Assembly: GCA_964540995.1 (NCBI GenBank)
Contig: CAZIOU010000001.1
Coordinates: forward strand, 103,407-167,406
Origin: an uncultured Gammaproteobacteria bacterium
GTDB taxonomy: Bacteria; Patescibacteriota; Patescibacteriia; UBA1558; 2-01-FULL-52-15
Reading direction: 5' to 3'
DNA: 64,000 nucleotides
Under the pieces are notes generated by a model. It did no database searches, was not told where the DNA came from, and was given only the letters and a program-made list of their open reading frames with translations. This document shows, one piece after another, positions 9,661 to 19,292 of this stretch; the first letter of the stretch is position 1, and every line of letters starts with the position of its first letter. A program made the position numbers and the translations under genes.

Positions 9661-10449
9661 ATGGATCAACCATTAGCCCCACAACCAACGCCAACCGTCA
9701 CTCCAAGTATTGCGCCTAGTCCGACCATAGCTTCTGTCGGAGCTGATCTCAAGAAGAAACAATGGCGTAACTTCACGATTTTTACCGTGACTTCTGTCAT
9801 CTTCTGGGCTCTCGAGTACGCTGCCCAATTTTACCTCTATAGCGTAGGGGATAGCGCTGGAGCCTGGGTAAGAAGCTTTGCTCTCACTGGTATGACGCTG
9901 TTCTCGCTGTCGCTCTTCAGCAGTACGATCTTCAAATGGTTTCCGCGCACAGCTCGATTATGGCGCTGGCGTCGGTGGCTGGGAGTTTCGGCCTTCATCT
10001 TCATCACCCTGCACATGCTGTCGGTTATCGCCTTGTTCTTCAATTTCAATTTGACCTATCTCTATTTCAGCTTTAATCCATTGGTCAATCTGATCATCCC
10101 TGGTACAGTGGCCTATATTATTCTACTAGTTATGGCTAGTATCTCGACTGATACTATGGTCAGCAAGATTAAACCCAAGAAGTGGAAGTTTATCCATCGT
10201 TTCGTTTACTTAGCCTTCATCGCTGCAATGTTACATTTCTTCTTCGTCCATCCGGTAGCCATCAAGAATGCACCTGGATATTTCTTGACGCTGATCGTCT
10301 TCGTCACGGTACTTAGCCAAGTCTATTGGTTTTTGCGAATTGCCGCTCGGAAGAAGTTTATGACTCGGGGAGCGTTGGTAGGATTTGGTCTGATTGCTTT
10401 GGCGATTATTAGTTTCTGGTTGACTAATCGGGCGCAGCAAGGGCAATAG
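9661..10449 (+). CDS. ferric-reductase-like transmembrane heme protein (MsrQ/YedZ-like) with Pro/Thr-rich N-terminus
   Basis: Six predicted helices with paired His motifs (WRRWLGVSAFIFITLHML and KKWKFIHRFVYLAFIAAMLHFF) matching the MsrQ pattern. Immediately follows msrA. Confidence 0.5.
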   Translation: MDQPLAPQPTPTVTPSIAPSPTIASVGADLKKKQWRNFTIFTVTSVIFWALEYAAQFYLYSVGDSAGAWVRSFALTGMTLFSLSLFSSTIFKWFPRTARLWRWRRWLGVSAFIFITLHMLSVIALFFNFNLTYLYFSFNPLVNLIIPGTVAYIILLVMASISTDTMVSKIKPKKWKFIHRFVYLAFIAAMLHFFFVHPVAIKNAPGYFLTLIVFVTVLSQVYWFLRIAARKKFMTRGALVGFGLIALAIISFWLTNRAQQGQ

Positions 10450-10533
10450 TTGCCCAGTTACGGGAGATATGAGAAAATAGAAGTAACAGGGACTAACGCC
10501 TCGCAAAGGCGGATTTATTAGTCTTTTTATTTT

Positions 10534-11523
10534 ATGAAGAAAATCATTCAAAAGAAGGGAAACGTTGTTATCTATCAGGCACCAAGCGGGGCAATTGAGC
10601 TTCGTGGGGATAACTCTAAAGAGACTATTTGGGCTACTCAGGCTCAAATGGCGGCTGTTTTTGGTGTCAATTCGCAAGCGATAACAAAACATATTCAAAA
10701 CATTTATAGACAAGGGGAATTAAGTCAGAAGGCAACTTGTTCCAAAATGGAACAAGTTCAAACTGAAGGAAATCGTAGCGTTAAACGTCAAGTCGAGCTG
10801 TACAATCTTGATGTCATCATCTCGGTCGGTTACCGAATTAGCTCGAAGACAGGCACTATGTTCCGCCAATGGGCAACCAAAACCTTACGCCAGCATATTA
10901 CCAAGGGCTATACGGTTAATCGTGTGCAATTGAGTAAGAATTACACTGCCTTTGCCGCAGCCATTAACGACATACGAACATTAATTCCAGCTCAAACAGC
11001 AGAGTTATCGCCACAGCATGTGCTCGATCTGATTACCGCTTTTGCCGACACCTGGTTCTCCTTAGACGCCTATGATAAAGGTCAGCTGAAACCAGCTAAA
11101 GTTACCAAGAAGAAAGTCTCTCTAACCTCGGATGATATTATCTTAGCTATTGACCAGCTCAAGCAGAGCTTGATCAAGCGGGGAGAGGCTACCGATATAT
11201 TTGCCCAGGAGCGAAGTACCGGGGCTATCCAAGGTATCATCGGTAATATAATGCAATCATTCGGCGGTAAGGAACTCTATCCCAGCTTGGAAGCTAAGGC
11301 GGCTCATCTGCTCTATTTCATCATTAAGAATCATCCATTCACCGACGGTAACAAACGTTCGGCTGCTTTTGCTTTCGTCTGGTTCTTACGCCGTGCTGGG
11401 TTACTCAACCTTGCCCGCCTGACTCCATCGGCCTTAACTTCATTGACACTACTCATAGCTGAAAGTAATCCTCGGGACAAAGAAAAGATGGTTCAATTGG
11501 TGGTGATGTTACTCGGACGATAG
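10534..11523 (+). CDS. RhuM-family protein fused to a C-terminal Fic/Doc domain
   Basis: N-terminal RhuM-like block (GNVVIYQ...IWATQAQMAAVFGV...YNLDVIISVGYRISSKTGTMFRQWATKTL) and C-terminal Doc-type motif HPFTDGNKR. Confidence 0.75.
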   Translation: MKKIIQKKGNVVIYQAPSGAIELRGDNSKETIWATQAQMAAVFGVNSQAITKHIQNIYRQGELSQKATCSKMEQVQTEGNRSVKRQVELYNLDVIISVGYRISSKTGTMFRQWATKTLRQHITKGYTVNRVQLSKNYTAFAAAINDIRTLIPAQTAELSPQHVLDLITAFADTWFSLDAYDKGQLKPAKVTKKKVSLTSDDIILAIDQLKQSLIKRGEATDIFAQERSTGAIQGIIGNIMQSFGGKELYPSLEAKAAHLLYFIIKNHPFTDGNKRSAAFAFVWFLRRAGLLNLARLTPSALTSLTLLIAESNPRDKEKMVQLVVMLLGR

Positions 11524-11537
11524 TATAAAAATATATT

Positions 11538-11588
11538 ATAAAACCCGCGCGTTCTCACCAAGTTGGTGATACTAGCGCGGGTTTTCTC
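11538..11588. terminator. bidirectional hairpin terminator
   Basis: aaacccgcgc ... gcgcgggttt 10-bp stem with A/T-rich flanks, between convergent genes. Confidence 0.6.
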
Positions 11589-11593
11589 GTTAT

Positions 11594-12439
11594 TTACTTT
11601 TTCAGTAGGTCGTAAACCAGCATCATAGCTGCTCCGCTATACAGCAGACCGATGTACAGCCAGCTCACGCCCTTGATCTCGCCGCTGTTCATGGCTTGAG
11701 GGCTGTAGCTGCCGTTGGGATCGTCGTGGGTAGCCTGTTTGGTCAGCCCCAGAACAGTCAGTGTCATGGGAATCATCATGTCGACATAGACAAACATGAG
11801 TAATACCATGAATGCCGGTAGCGCTGCTCGTTTCAGGTGGCGAGCGATGGTCAGATCCTGGTCTTCGGGGATGCTGTTGAACAGTAGCTTGCAGAAGCGA
11901 CCGCCATCCAATGGACCGACAGGAATGAGATTCCAGACGATCATGCTGCCGTTGATCATGGCTATGAATCGCGTCGTGTCGCTATCCAGTACGCCGCAGA
12001 AGTACAGCAGCACACTGATCATCGCAATCAGAGCGTTGACACAGACACCGGCGAGCGTGATAGTGCTTTGCTTACGCCAGCTCAATGTCGACATCTTCTC
12101 GAAGCTGGTGAAAGCGCCGCCCATCACAATCAGCAGTAGGATTCTGGCCCGCAGACCGTACCGCTCCATGAAGAAGGCGTGGCCCAGTTCATGACCCAGG
12201 ACCGAGATGACGGTGATCGTCGTCAACAGTCCGATGTCGATATGACTGACACGACTGTGACTGAAAATCTGGGTATAGAGCCAGAACAGCGCCAGCCAGG
12301 TGACGAAGCTGGAGGCGATCATCAGGAACAGATCAAAGATACGAGACAGGGCGTTTTTCACGACTGGTCTCCTTATGGGGGTTGGTGAAGCCCGAAGTGG
12401 GCGAAAAAAAGGACTAGAGTTAATTTCAGATATTAACAT
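11594..12439 (-). CDS. M50 (site-2 protease) family membrane zinc metalloprotease
   Basis: HELGHAFF zinc-binding motif in a helix plus NLIPVGPLDGGRF (the second S2P signature). Multi-pass membrane protein. Start codon uncertain. Confidence 0.65.
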   Translation of the reverse strand: MLISEINSSPFFRPLRASPTPIRRPVVKNALSRIFDLFLMIASSFVTWLALFWLYTQIFSHSRVSHIDIGLLTTITVISVLGHELGHAFFMERYGLRARILLLIVMGGAFTSFEKMSTLSWRKQSTITLAGVCVNALIAMISVLLYFCGVLDSDTTRFIAMINGSMIVWNLIPVGPLDGGRFCKLLFNSIPEDQDLTIARHLKRAALPAFMVLLMFVYVDMMIPMTLTVLGLTKQATHDDPNGSYSPQAMNSGEIKGVSWLYIGLLYSGAAMMLVYDLLKK

Positions 12440-12497
12440 ATTAAATCATTTTTGTCAATGTCAGCCCTTAAACTCCGAATGTGGGCCTATGAGCTAA

Positions 12498-12552
12498 TGT
12501 AAAAAGCGCGTCGAGCTGCTTGTCCACCTCTGGTGGAAGCTCGACGCGCCTA
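12498..12552 (-). terminator. Rho-independent terminator after the 134-aa secreted-protein gene
   Basis: 11-bp stem gcgcgtcgagc/gctcgacgcgc (12506-12516 and 12539-12549) followed on the minus strand by TTTTT. Confidence 0.6.
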
Positions 12553-12579
12553 TTTGTTTTGCCTTGTGTCGTAATGACA

Positions 12580-12984
12580 CTACTTTGGCGGAGCGAACTT
12601 GGCTTTGATTTCGCTCCAGGTTGAAGACTGAACTGCAGTCGGACCAGTCGGGAGAAATCCGACACTTTGCCAACTTCGATAGTTCGGGCTCCACCAGCCT
12701 TCTCCGGCATCAGTGATTGCACAAAGCCCGTTGAAGAAGACCAAATTGGAGACCTGCACCGGAGGCCGTTCTTCAATTGCCCCAATCTGCCACGAACCGT
12801 GCCCAACCTCAACGTAATAGATGTTTTCGCCGACTGCCACCAGAAGACTGTTTCCGCTACTTCCGAGCACTCGGAAGCCTGTCATGCCTTGCGCCCCAGC
12901 CGTACCCTGACCGATATGAAATCCGATCAGCGTGGCAAGTGCCAGACAAAACACACCAACAGACAGATACATGAACCGTTTCAT
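12580..12984 (-). CDS. small secreted protein with a shared C-terminal tail motif
   Basis: Strong SD (AAAGGAGG, 5-nt spacer). N-terminal signal/TM segment. Ends ...GPTAVQSSTWSEIKAKFAPPK*. Confidence 0.65.
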   Translation of the reverse strand: MKRFMYLSVGVFCLALATLIGFHIGQGTAGAQGMTGFRVLGSSGNSLLVAVGENIYYVEVGHGSWQIGAIEERPPVQVSNLVFFNGLCAITDAGEGWWSPNYRSWQSVGFLPTGPTAVQSSTWSEIKAKFAPPK

Positions 12985-13038
12985 TCTCGCCTCCTTTGTC
13001 CAGCGCCTTCCAGAATACCTTCTGGGATGGTGCTGGAC

Positions 13039-14181
13039 TTAGCGATACTGAGCCTTGATGGCTGACCAGGTGGTTGGTTGGACCGCGGTTGGAGTTACGC
13101 ATCCGGGCTGTGTGTACGCTCCCATCGGACCGCAGTCTTGATGTAACGCAGGAGACACATCCCGGAGACTGTAGTCGCCATGTACTGAATCGCAGAACAT
13201 GGGATCGACTGAGATATTGTTGCCATCAGGGGTGTCGTTCGGAAAGTCCGAACAGTTTGCAGACACGCCGCCAATATCAATCAATATGTCCGGGCTACCT
13301 ATGTTGCCCCAGACAATACAATGGTCGAGACTAAAATTTGCCTCATGACCATTGATTCCCGAGCCAGACTGGATGAGAGGTGAGACGTTACCAGCAATCG
13401 TGGTATTAACCAGCACGGCCGGGCCATAAGATCTGGCCAGCCCAACTGCTCCGTTTCCGGTGATAGCGGTACTGGTAATTGCCAGTGTCCCGCCATTACG
13501 TGCCCAGATGGTTGCAACGTCAGTGCTTGGTGTTGTGTTGTTCGTGATGGTACACCGTTCCACAGTTGTTGTTGAATTGGAAAGCAAGAGTACCAAGGCC
13601 GGACCAGCGCACTGATTGTTCCGTATGATTGTATCCCACATGAACACCGATCCGGTATTCTGAGATACGATCAGCGCACGTTCCGATATGTCCACCGTGT
13701 TGTTCTCGATGAGAGAATTACGTATGTAGATCTTGCTATTACTGAAGGGACCTACATACACAATGCCATTACGGCACTCCCTAATAACGCAGTTGATGAT
13801 TGCAGACTCATAGCCTACGTTATTCAGAAAAACACCGTAAGTCCCATCTCCCATCTCACTGTTGAATCTCGTCAACGTCACGCCGACTAGGTCGAAACCT
13901 TGATGGGAAATGACTGCCCGAGCTGCACGGTTCTCGCCATCGATAATGACATCTGAAGGGTTTCCTGATTCGGAGGCGAGTTGAATTGGATGCCACACGT
14001 CAAGATTGATATTACGATCTCCGGTGTAGGTGCCCGGGGCAATCAGGACGGTGTCTGCGTAGACGGATGCATCTAAAGCATCCTGAATCGTGGGGTACTC
14101 GTACGGCACATGAAGAGTAGTTGCCGAGACATTAGCTGCGCAACAAAGCGCAATCAAAATGACAAAGAACAGAGCTTTCAT
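13039..14181 (-). CDS. secreted right-handed parallel beta-helix repeat protein with a shared C-terminal tail motif
   Basis: Signal peptide MKALFFVILIALCCAANVSA. Repeated xNNxxIxxN rungs (IRNSLIENNTV, IIRNNQCAG, CTITNNTT, TAITGNGAVG, TTIAGNVSP). Ends ...TPTAVQPTTWSAIKAQYR*. SD GGAGGG. Confidence 0.75.
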   Translation of the reverse strand: MKALFFVILIALCCAANVSATTLHVPYEYPTIQDALDASVYADTVLIAPGTYTGDRNINLDVWHPIQLASESGNPSDVIIDGENRAARAVISHQGFDLVGVTLTRFNSEMGDGTYGVFLNNVGYESAIINCVIRECRNGIVYVGPFSNSKIYIRNSLIENNTVDISERALIVSQNTGSVFMWDTIIRNNQCAGPALVLLLSNSTTTVERCTITNNTTPSTDVATIWARNGGTLAITSTAITGNGAVGLARSYGPAVLVNTTIAGNVSPLIQSGSGINGHEANFSLDHCIVWGNIGSPDILIDIGGVSANCSDFPNDTPDGNNISVDPMFCDSVHGDYSLRDVSPALHQDCGPMGAYTQPGCVTPTAVQPTTWSAIKAQYR

Positions 14182-14432
14182 AATTCCCTCCAGAAATTCT
14201 GACCGCGCACAATGCGTAGGCAGGAAGCTGGAGGGGAAGAGAATATCGTAGCTTTAGCAGAAATAAGGGGTTTTGTCTACAATATTCAGCTAGTCAAAAG
14301 ATTGCAAAATTTGGCTAAAAATGGGATGATGGGAGCAGATTTATTATAATTTGACAGAGTTCGAATCGTACTATCTCTGCCAGATTGGCAACTTTGAACC
14401 CAAGCAAAATAAGGGCAATCTAAGCATAAAAC

Positions 14433-15701
14433 GTGGACAAGAAAAAACTCAAGAAAATATTGAATGAAACCAAAGCTTGGGCAAATCAGTCTGATAGTCT
14501 TGTCGCCGTTCAAAAAACAGGAGGTGGATTAGAAAAGAAAGTTCAAATAGAACTGGGGTGGAAAGGAGGTCGTGTTGTCTATGACCGCACAAGAGGGTAC
14601 AAGGTACAAGTAGATGCCGCATATCCAAACACAAACAATCCAGAGGTGATCATGTCGGTTACCTACACCGACCCAGATTTAAGAGGTCATAGTAATGAAA
14701 ACAAGCTACACCTAAAAGTCGGTGAACTTGCCCTTCTAAAATTTGCATACCCAAGTATCAAAGTCGTTTTGGTGCTTGGCGGCAATCAGGAAGCATGGCT
14801 CCCTTATGTTCTTAAAGCGTTTGAGCATTTCTTTGATGAAGTAATTTGTTTGTGGAGAAAAGATGGCTCAGAACGCTTACTATCCATTAAGAAGAGTCAT
14901 GAGTCAGTCAAACAAAGACATGTTGAATTCTGGAAACAAATAACCACTGAATGGGGCAGGATTAAGTTTTATTCGGATAAAGATTTTACTATTCCACATA
15001 GTCTATTTAGGTATAAAACACTGGATGATTTTAAGTCTCAAAAACCAAAAGTTTTTCATCCTTCGTTAATTAGGAATGAGGTTGCTCGTCTTTGCATGCA
15101 AAGATCAAAGGATTATAGCGGGGCTGAATGGGACTCGTATCTAAAAAATCGGTGGCAAAACATCGAAATGTCTCGAAATTATTTTAACCCAATGGAATCA
15201 TTGATTGAAATTTTGCTGACAGATTCAAAGTTGAAATTTGAAGGTGGTGTCGCTCGAGATATTCAAGTTCCATCATTCCTCCATCAGCTCGGATTAAAAG
15301 GAACTCGCGTATCAGAAGATTTTGTCTTGTTCTCCAAAAAACTTAACAAAAAAGTATATATTCAATGTAAGTCATCTGGTGGAGGAAGAGATCAACATGG
15401 TAAAAATATTCAAAATCGAACAAAAGAGCAGATCACTCGTAGTATTTTGTATAGGAGTTCACTCAAAGACGGGGAAATGTATCTGGATGAGAAGAAATTT
15501 TACTGGATCTCTATTTTAGATGGCAATTGGTCTGTCAACAGTCGAGAGTCATTCAAATATATCCATATGTTACAAATAGCAGGATACGACAAGATCTATG
15601 GCGCACAAAACTTAATACTTGAGGACGATTTAACCCCAATGAAAAAGAATAACCCCTTACTTAATCACCTTATAAATGATCTTGATTGCGAATCAATTTA
15701 A
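14433..15701 (+). CDS. hypothetical protein, candidate restriction endonuclease partner of the adjacent methyltransferase
   Basis: 422-aa low-GC ORF with GTG start, convergent with and overlapping by 4 nt the stop of the MTase gene. No motif recognised. Confidence 0.5.
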   Translation: MDKKKLKKILNETKAWANQSDSLVAVQKTGGGLEKKVQIELGWKGGRVVYDRTRGYKVQVDAAYPNTNNPEVIMSVTYTDPDLRGHSNENKLHLKVGELALLKFAYPSIKVVLVLGGNQEAWLPYVLKAFEHFFDEVICLWRKDGSERLLSIKKSHESVKQRHVEFWKQITTEWGRIKFYSDKDFTIPHSLFRYKTLDDFKSQKPKVFHPSLIRNEVARLCMQRSKDYSGAEWDSYLKNRWQNIEMSRNYFNPMESLIEILLTDSKLKFEGGVARDIQVPSFLHQLGLKGTRVSEDFVLFSKKLNKKVYIQCKSSGGGRDQHGKNIQNRTKEQITRSILYRSSLKDGEMYLDEKKFYWISILDGNWSVNSRESFKYIHMLQIAGYDKIYGAQNLILEDDLTPMKKNNPLLNHLINDLDCESI

Positions 15702-18700
15702 GGCTTCTTAAATATCACAACAGATTCTCTGACTGGAATCTTACCAAACTGTTTCATCTGCTGAGGGCTATTTCCTTTCATCCTAGTAACGAAAATCTTC
15801 TCTGCTTTGAAACCCTGCTTTTCCGCGAGAAGTAAAAGTAAATGGTCAACAGGTACTACAACACCGCCCCATCTAGAATTTCCAACTACGAAGGCCGCTC
15901 TCCCTCCTCTTCGCATTACGTCAAATAAATTTACCAAGTTCTGTTCGAGATCGAAAAAATAACCAGCAATCATTTGAGGTATTTTACCGTTATTGCCGTC
16001 AGTCAATTCCATTGCAGAGATAATTTTTTGAACTTCAGGAAGTGCCTCGGAAATATTCAAGTCCAAATCGCTATCAGTGTGTGATCTAAAGGTGGATCTA
16101 ACAAGTTTCTTATACTCAACTCGATTCTTTACAAGTGACAATAAAGATAGTTCTGCTTTTTGTTGGGCAATGTAATTATTCCTATTTAAATAGGGTGGTG
16201 AAGTTATTACAAAATCAATAGAGTTTTTTTCTAGTTTAAATGTCATCGCATCTCCTAATAATATTTGATGTCGAGAATTATGTTTCTTTGAGACTTTTGC
16301 AGTAATCTCTATGTCCTCGATCATTTTATTAATTTGCTTCTTGAATATTGGAAGGATGTCTGACTCCGGGTTTAAGATCTTTATATTCAACTTCTGAAGT
16401 CCAATACTATCTGGATTAAGCATGTAGCGATAATGCGAGCCATGTTTCCTAATCTGACTGATATCCTCTAGGATGCCAACTAGTCCAAGGACTAGGAGGT
16501 CTTTTTCTTGTTGGGAGAGTGTTGAATTACTAATTTCATTTTTAATCATTTTGACTTGTTCCCAGATTTGTAAGGAGAACGCCTTACTGAGGAATTCTGG
16601 AAAAACATCCTCGTTTTTCAATGATTTTTTTTCAACTTTTAATTTAGATAAGAAATCATTTATTTTTTTAAAACTTTTTATATCAAGAGAAGATACTTTA
16701 ATCTTACTGACCCATATCATTAAAGGAGATATATCAAATGATATAGTATTAATGCCTCTTTTTTTGCTTGTAAGTATGGTAGTTCCTGAACCTACGAATG
16801 GATCAAGAATGACGGCATCACTATTTTTTTCTACGCCCAGATACTCTATAAGAAAATCAACTAAAGGTTCGGAATACCCTTGTGTAAATGGGAACCATCG
16901 ATGAACAGGAAGTTTTTTATTTATTTGAAAAGTGACAGATCTGCGTAATTCCGGTTTATCTTCCTGTAGGTTTTGATATTTCTTAATATTGATAGGGACG
17001 AATTTTTGAAGCAGTTCACTATTGTCAATTACTCGTTCTCTCTTCTCCTCTTTTGAGTTATTTTTACTTGGTAACGACCTTTTGTGACAATTTATAATGT
17101 GGTCTTTTATAAATTGATGTTCAGTAGGAGAAAGTTTGAAGGCTAGGGCAACGGCATTGTCCAATGAGATCCAACTTTTTTGATGTTCCGGGTTTTTATA
17201 TAATTCATCGACAATCTTCCGAGCAAAAATGTTTTGCTTCTCATCAAATTTTGGTAGACGGATTGATTGTAGATGGTGTTTTAATAACCTAAACCATCCA
17301 CTATGGAGTTGCGTTCCACTGTGCCGAAGAATAAATTCCATTACAGGGGTACTTAACACCGCACTCCAGAATTTTAGGTCTGCTTCACTCATCGATCTAT
17401 TGACGAATGCGTAGCCAGATCCGATTGCAACATCACCAATAGTATCCGCAGCGAATTGAGAAGAGGGCATCATTTCTTTTACTAAGATTTTTGGTGTGTG
17501 GGGTAGGTGTAAATTCTGAACTCGACTAAATGCATACCAAGAGCTATTTTTATCAAGATCTCTGTCGGAAAGTGATTGTTTATTAGATAATAAGTATGTG
17601 TATGTATTAGGTGCATTAGTTTTAAGATCATTCTCTTCCACAATGCTAACCTTACCGCTTAAAGAAACCTCGTATGGGTAAATTAGCCTATATTTCTCTC
17701 TAGATATAACGAGTCTCTTTATTTCCTCTCCACCTACGAATGGCCTTAGAAAAGATTCCTCCAGGTTCGCCCCAATTTCTTTTTTTAGTACAAAGATATC
17801 ATTTTGGCCTGTACGAAGACCTTGGAGAATATTTGGAAATATATGACCAATAAGAGGATGGCTGGGATCGTTTAATTTCTGAATAATACTCTGAGCTTCG
17901 TCCGTCGCTAAATTCCATGGAAACTTTTCTAAAATGTTAGTATTTAAACTAAAGGTTTGTGATTTATTTAGGTCGCCAGCAGATACTATTCCAGTTGGGA
18001 AATGGGTGACTGTAAATTTCTTTGCGGCTGGAAGTTTTGTAAAAGTAATAACCGTTGTGTAAGTTGTATGATCAGGAAAAACTTGAGAATCTTTAAAATC
18101 AATTATGTTGAGCACTCTCACATCTTTTGCCAATCGATTGCACATATTCTTTCCATACTCGGAATGCATGAACTTACTAGTGGTGATGTAACAGCAGATT
18201 CCACCCTCCGTAAGACTTCTTATGGCGTGCTCAATAAATATTATTGATAGATCAAAATTGCCAGAGGTAATGTCTGGATATCTTTCTTTTATTGATCGAG
18301 TGTAATGTTTTGGAAGGTTTTGTGACCTAACGTAAGGCGGATTTCCGATTAATATATCAAATTTCTCGTTCTCTAATTCAGAGGAAAACAAGGAGTTGTT
18401 TTGTAAGGCGAGTAAAGAGTCCTTGTGTTCAATTTTAGCTTCCAATCCAAGTGTCTCGTTCAATATTTTTGCAAATATAAGTGATGTTTCGTCTGTATCG
18501 TTTCCATAAAGTGATACCTCGCTACCAAAAAATTCTCTAGCACTAGATAAAAAGACGCCAGTACCACAAGAAATATCCCCAACTCTTTGAACCTTTCTTC
18601 CTGTCCTGTGTAATTTATTCCAGTGTTGCCATGCTGTTTGAGTAACCTTATCCGCTAACCATTTTTGAGTAAATACTGCACCAGAATTTTTCTGATCCTC

Positions 18701-18955
18701 ATCAGATAATATTGAGGTCCGCAATGATGCGAGTGCATCTTCAATATCGATTTGGGTGTTACTAATTGAACTCGGGGAAGCGTCTGAATTTTTTCGGGTA
18801 AGATATTCTATTTGTTTATGTATATTAGGCAGCAGATCAAATTTCTCATTCTTGGCAAGAATCAACAGTGCTCGAGTCAAGGCTTCATTTTTTGAAGAAA
18901 ATTTAGAGGATCGGGGAGTAGTATTAGAGATGTCATGTTTTGATAGAATTTGCAT
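15698..18955 (-). CDS. fused two-domain N6-adenine DNA methyltransferase (type IIS/IIG-like) with a central TaqI-C-like target-recognition region
   Basis: First module has motif I DISCGTGVFL and motif IV GNPPYV. A TRD-like region follows (LRTGQNDIFVL...IYPY...WYAFSRVQ). The second module has DPFVGSGTT and SPPYLNRNNY. No nuclease domain recognised. Confidence 0.8.
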   Translation of the reverse strand: MQILSKHDISNTTPRSSKFSSKNEALTRALLILAKNEKFDLLPNIHKQIEYLTRKNSDASPSSISNTQIDIEDALASLRTSILSDEDQKNSGAVFTQKWLADKVTQTAWQHWNKLHRTGRKVQRVGDISCGTGVFLSSAREFFGSEVSLYGNDTDETSLIFAKILNETLGLEAKIEHKDSLLALQNNSLFSSELENEKFDILIGNPPYVRSQNLPKHYTRSIKERYPDITSGNFDLSIIFIEHAIRSLTEGGICCYITTSKFMHSEYGKNMCNRLAKDVRVLNIIDFKDSQVFPDHTTYTTVITFTKLPAAKKFTVTHFPTGIVSAGDLNKSQTFSLNTNILEKFPWNLATDEAQSIIQKLNDPSHPLIGHIFPNILQGLRTGQNDIFVLKKEIGANLEESFLRPFVGGEEIKRLVISREKYRLIYPYEVSLSGKVSIVEENDLKTNAPNTYTYLLSNKQSLSDRDLDKNSSWYAFSRVQNLHLPHTPKILVKEMMPSSQFAADTIGDVAIGSGYAFVNRSMSEADLKFWSAVLSTPVMEFILRHSGTQLHSGWFRLLKHHLQSIRLPKFDEKQNIFARKIVDELYKNPEHQKSWISLDNAVALAFKLSPTEHQFIKDHIINCHKRSLPSKNNSKEEKRERVIDNSELLQKFVPINIKKYQNLQEDKPELRRSVTFQINKKLPVHRWFPFTQGYSEPLVDFLIEYLGVEKNSDAVILDPFVGSGTTILTSKKRGINTISFDISPLMIWVSKIKVSSLDIKSFKKINDFLSKLKVEKKSLKNEDVFPEFLSKAFSLQIWEQVKMIKNEISNSTLSQQEKDLLVLGLVGILEDISQIRKHGSHYRYMLNPDSIGLQKLNIKILNPESDILPIFKKQINKMIEDIEITAKVSKKHNSRHQILLGDAMTFKLEKNSIDFVITSPPYLNRNNYIAQQKAELSLLSLVKNRVEYKKLVRSTFRSHTDSDLDLNISEALPEVQKIISAMELTDGNNGKIPQMIAGYFFDLEQNLVNLFDVMRRGGRAAFVVGNSRWGGVVVPVDHLLLLLAEKQGFKAEKIFVTRMKGNSPQQMKQFGKIPVRESVVIFKKP

Positions 18956-19292
18956 GATTGAATTATAGTACTTTTACCACGTTCGTGTAAACACGGATGT
19001 GTGGATAGTTTTCTACTACCCTATTTAAATCGAGTATTCGACTGCGGTCTGCCCCTTATCGGATTTTGGTCTCGGCACCTCAAACCATTCGAGGTAAACC
19101 TTGTAGATTGCCCTCAATTCGCGTATTATTTTATCAAGATACTCGGATTTAAGCGCTTTTTAGGTTAAAAGTTCCTAGATAGCGCCCCCGCCAGATTTCC
19201 GACTTTGACCTGAGGTAAAACTGCTGGCAATTTTAGTTATCAGAATAAGCGAAAGTTGCTCTCCTGATCATTTCATGATCTAATACCTGTAT

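Noticed and set aside
12468-13065. ORFs 12468..12812(-), 12494..12694(-), 12667..13065(+), 12777..12974(+) overlapping the secreted-protein gene
   Set aside because: They overlap a gene with a strong SD, signal peptide and terminator. High-GC regions generate long spurious frames.
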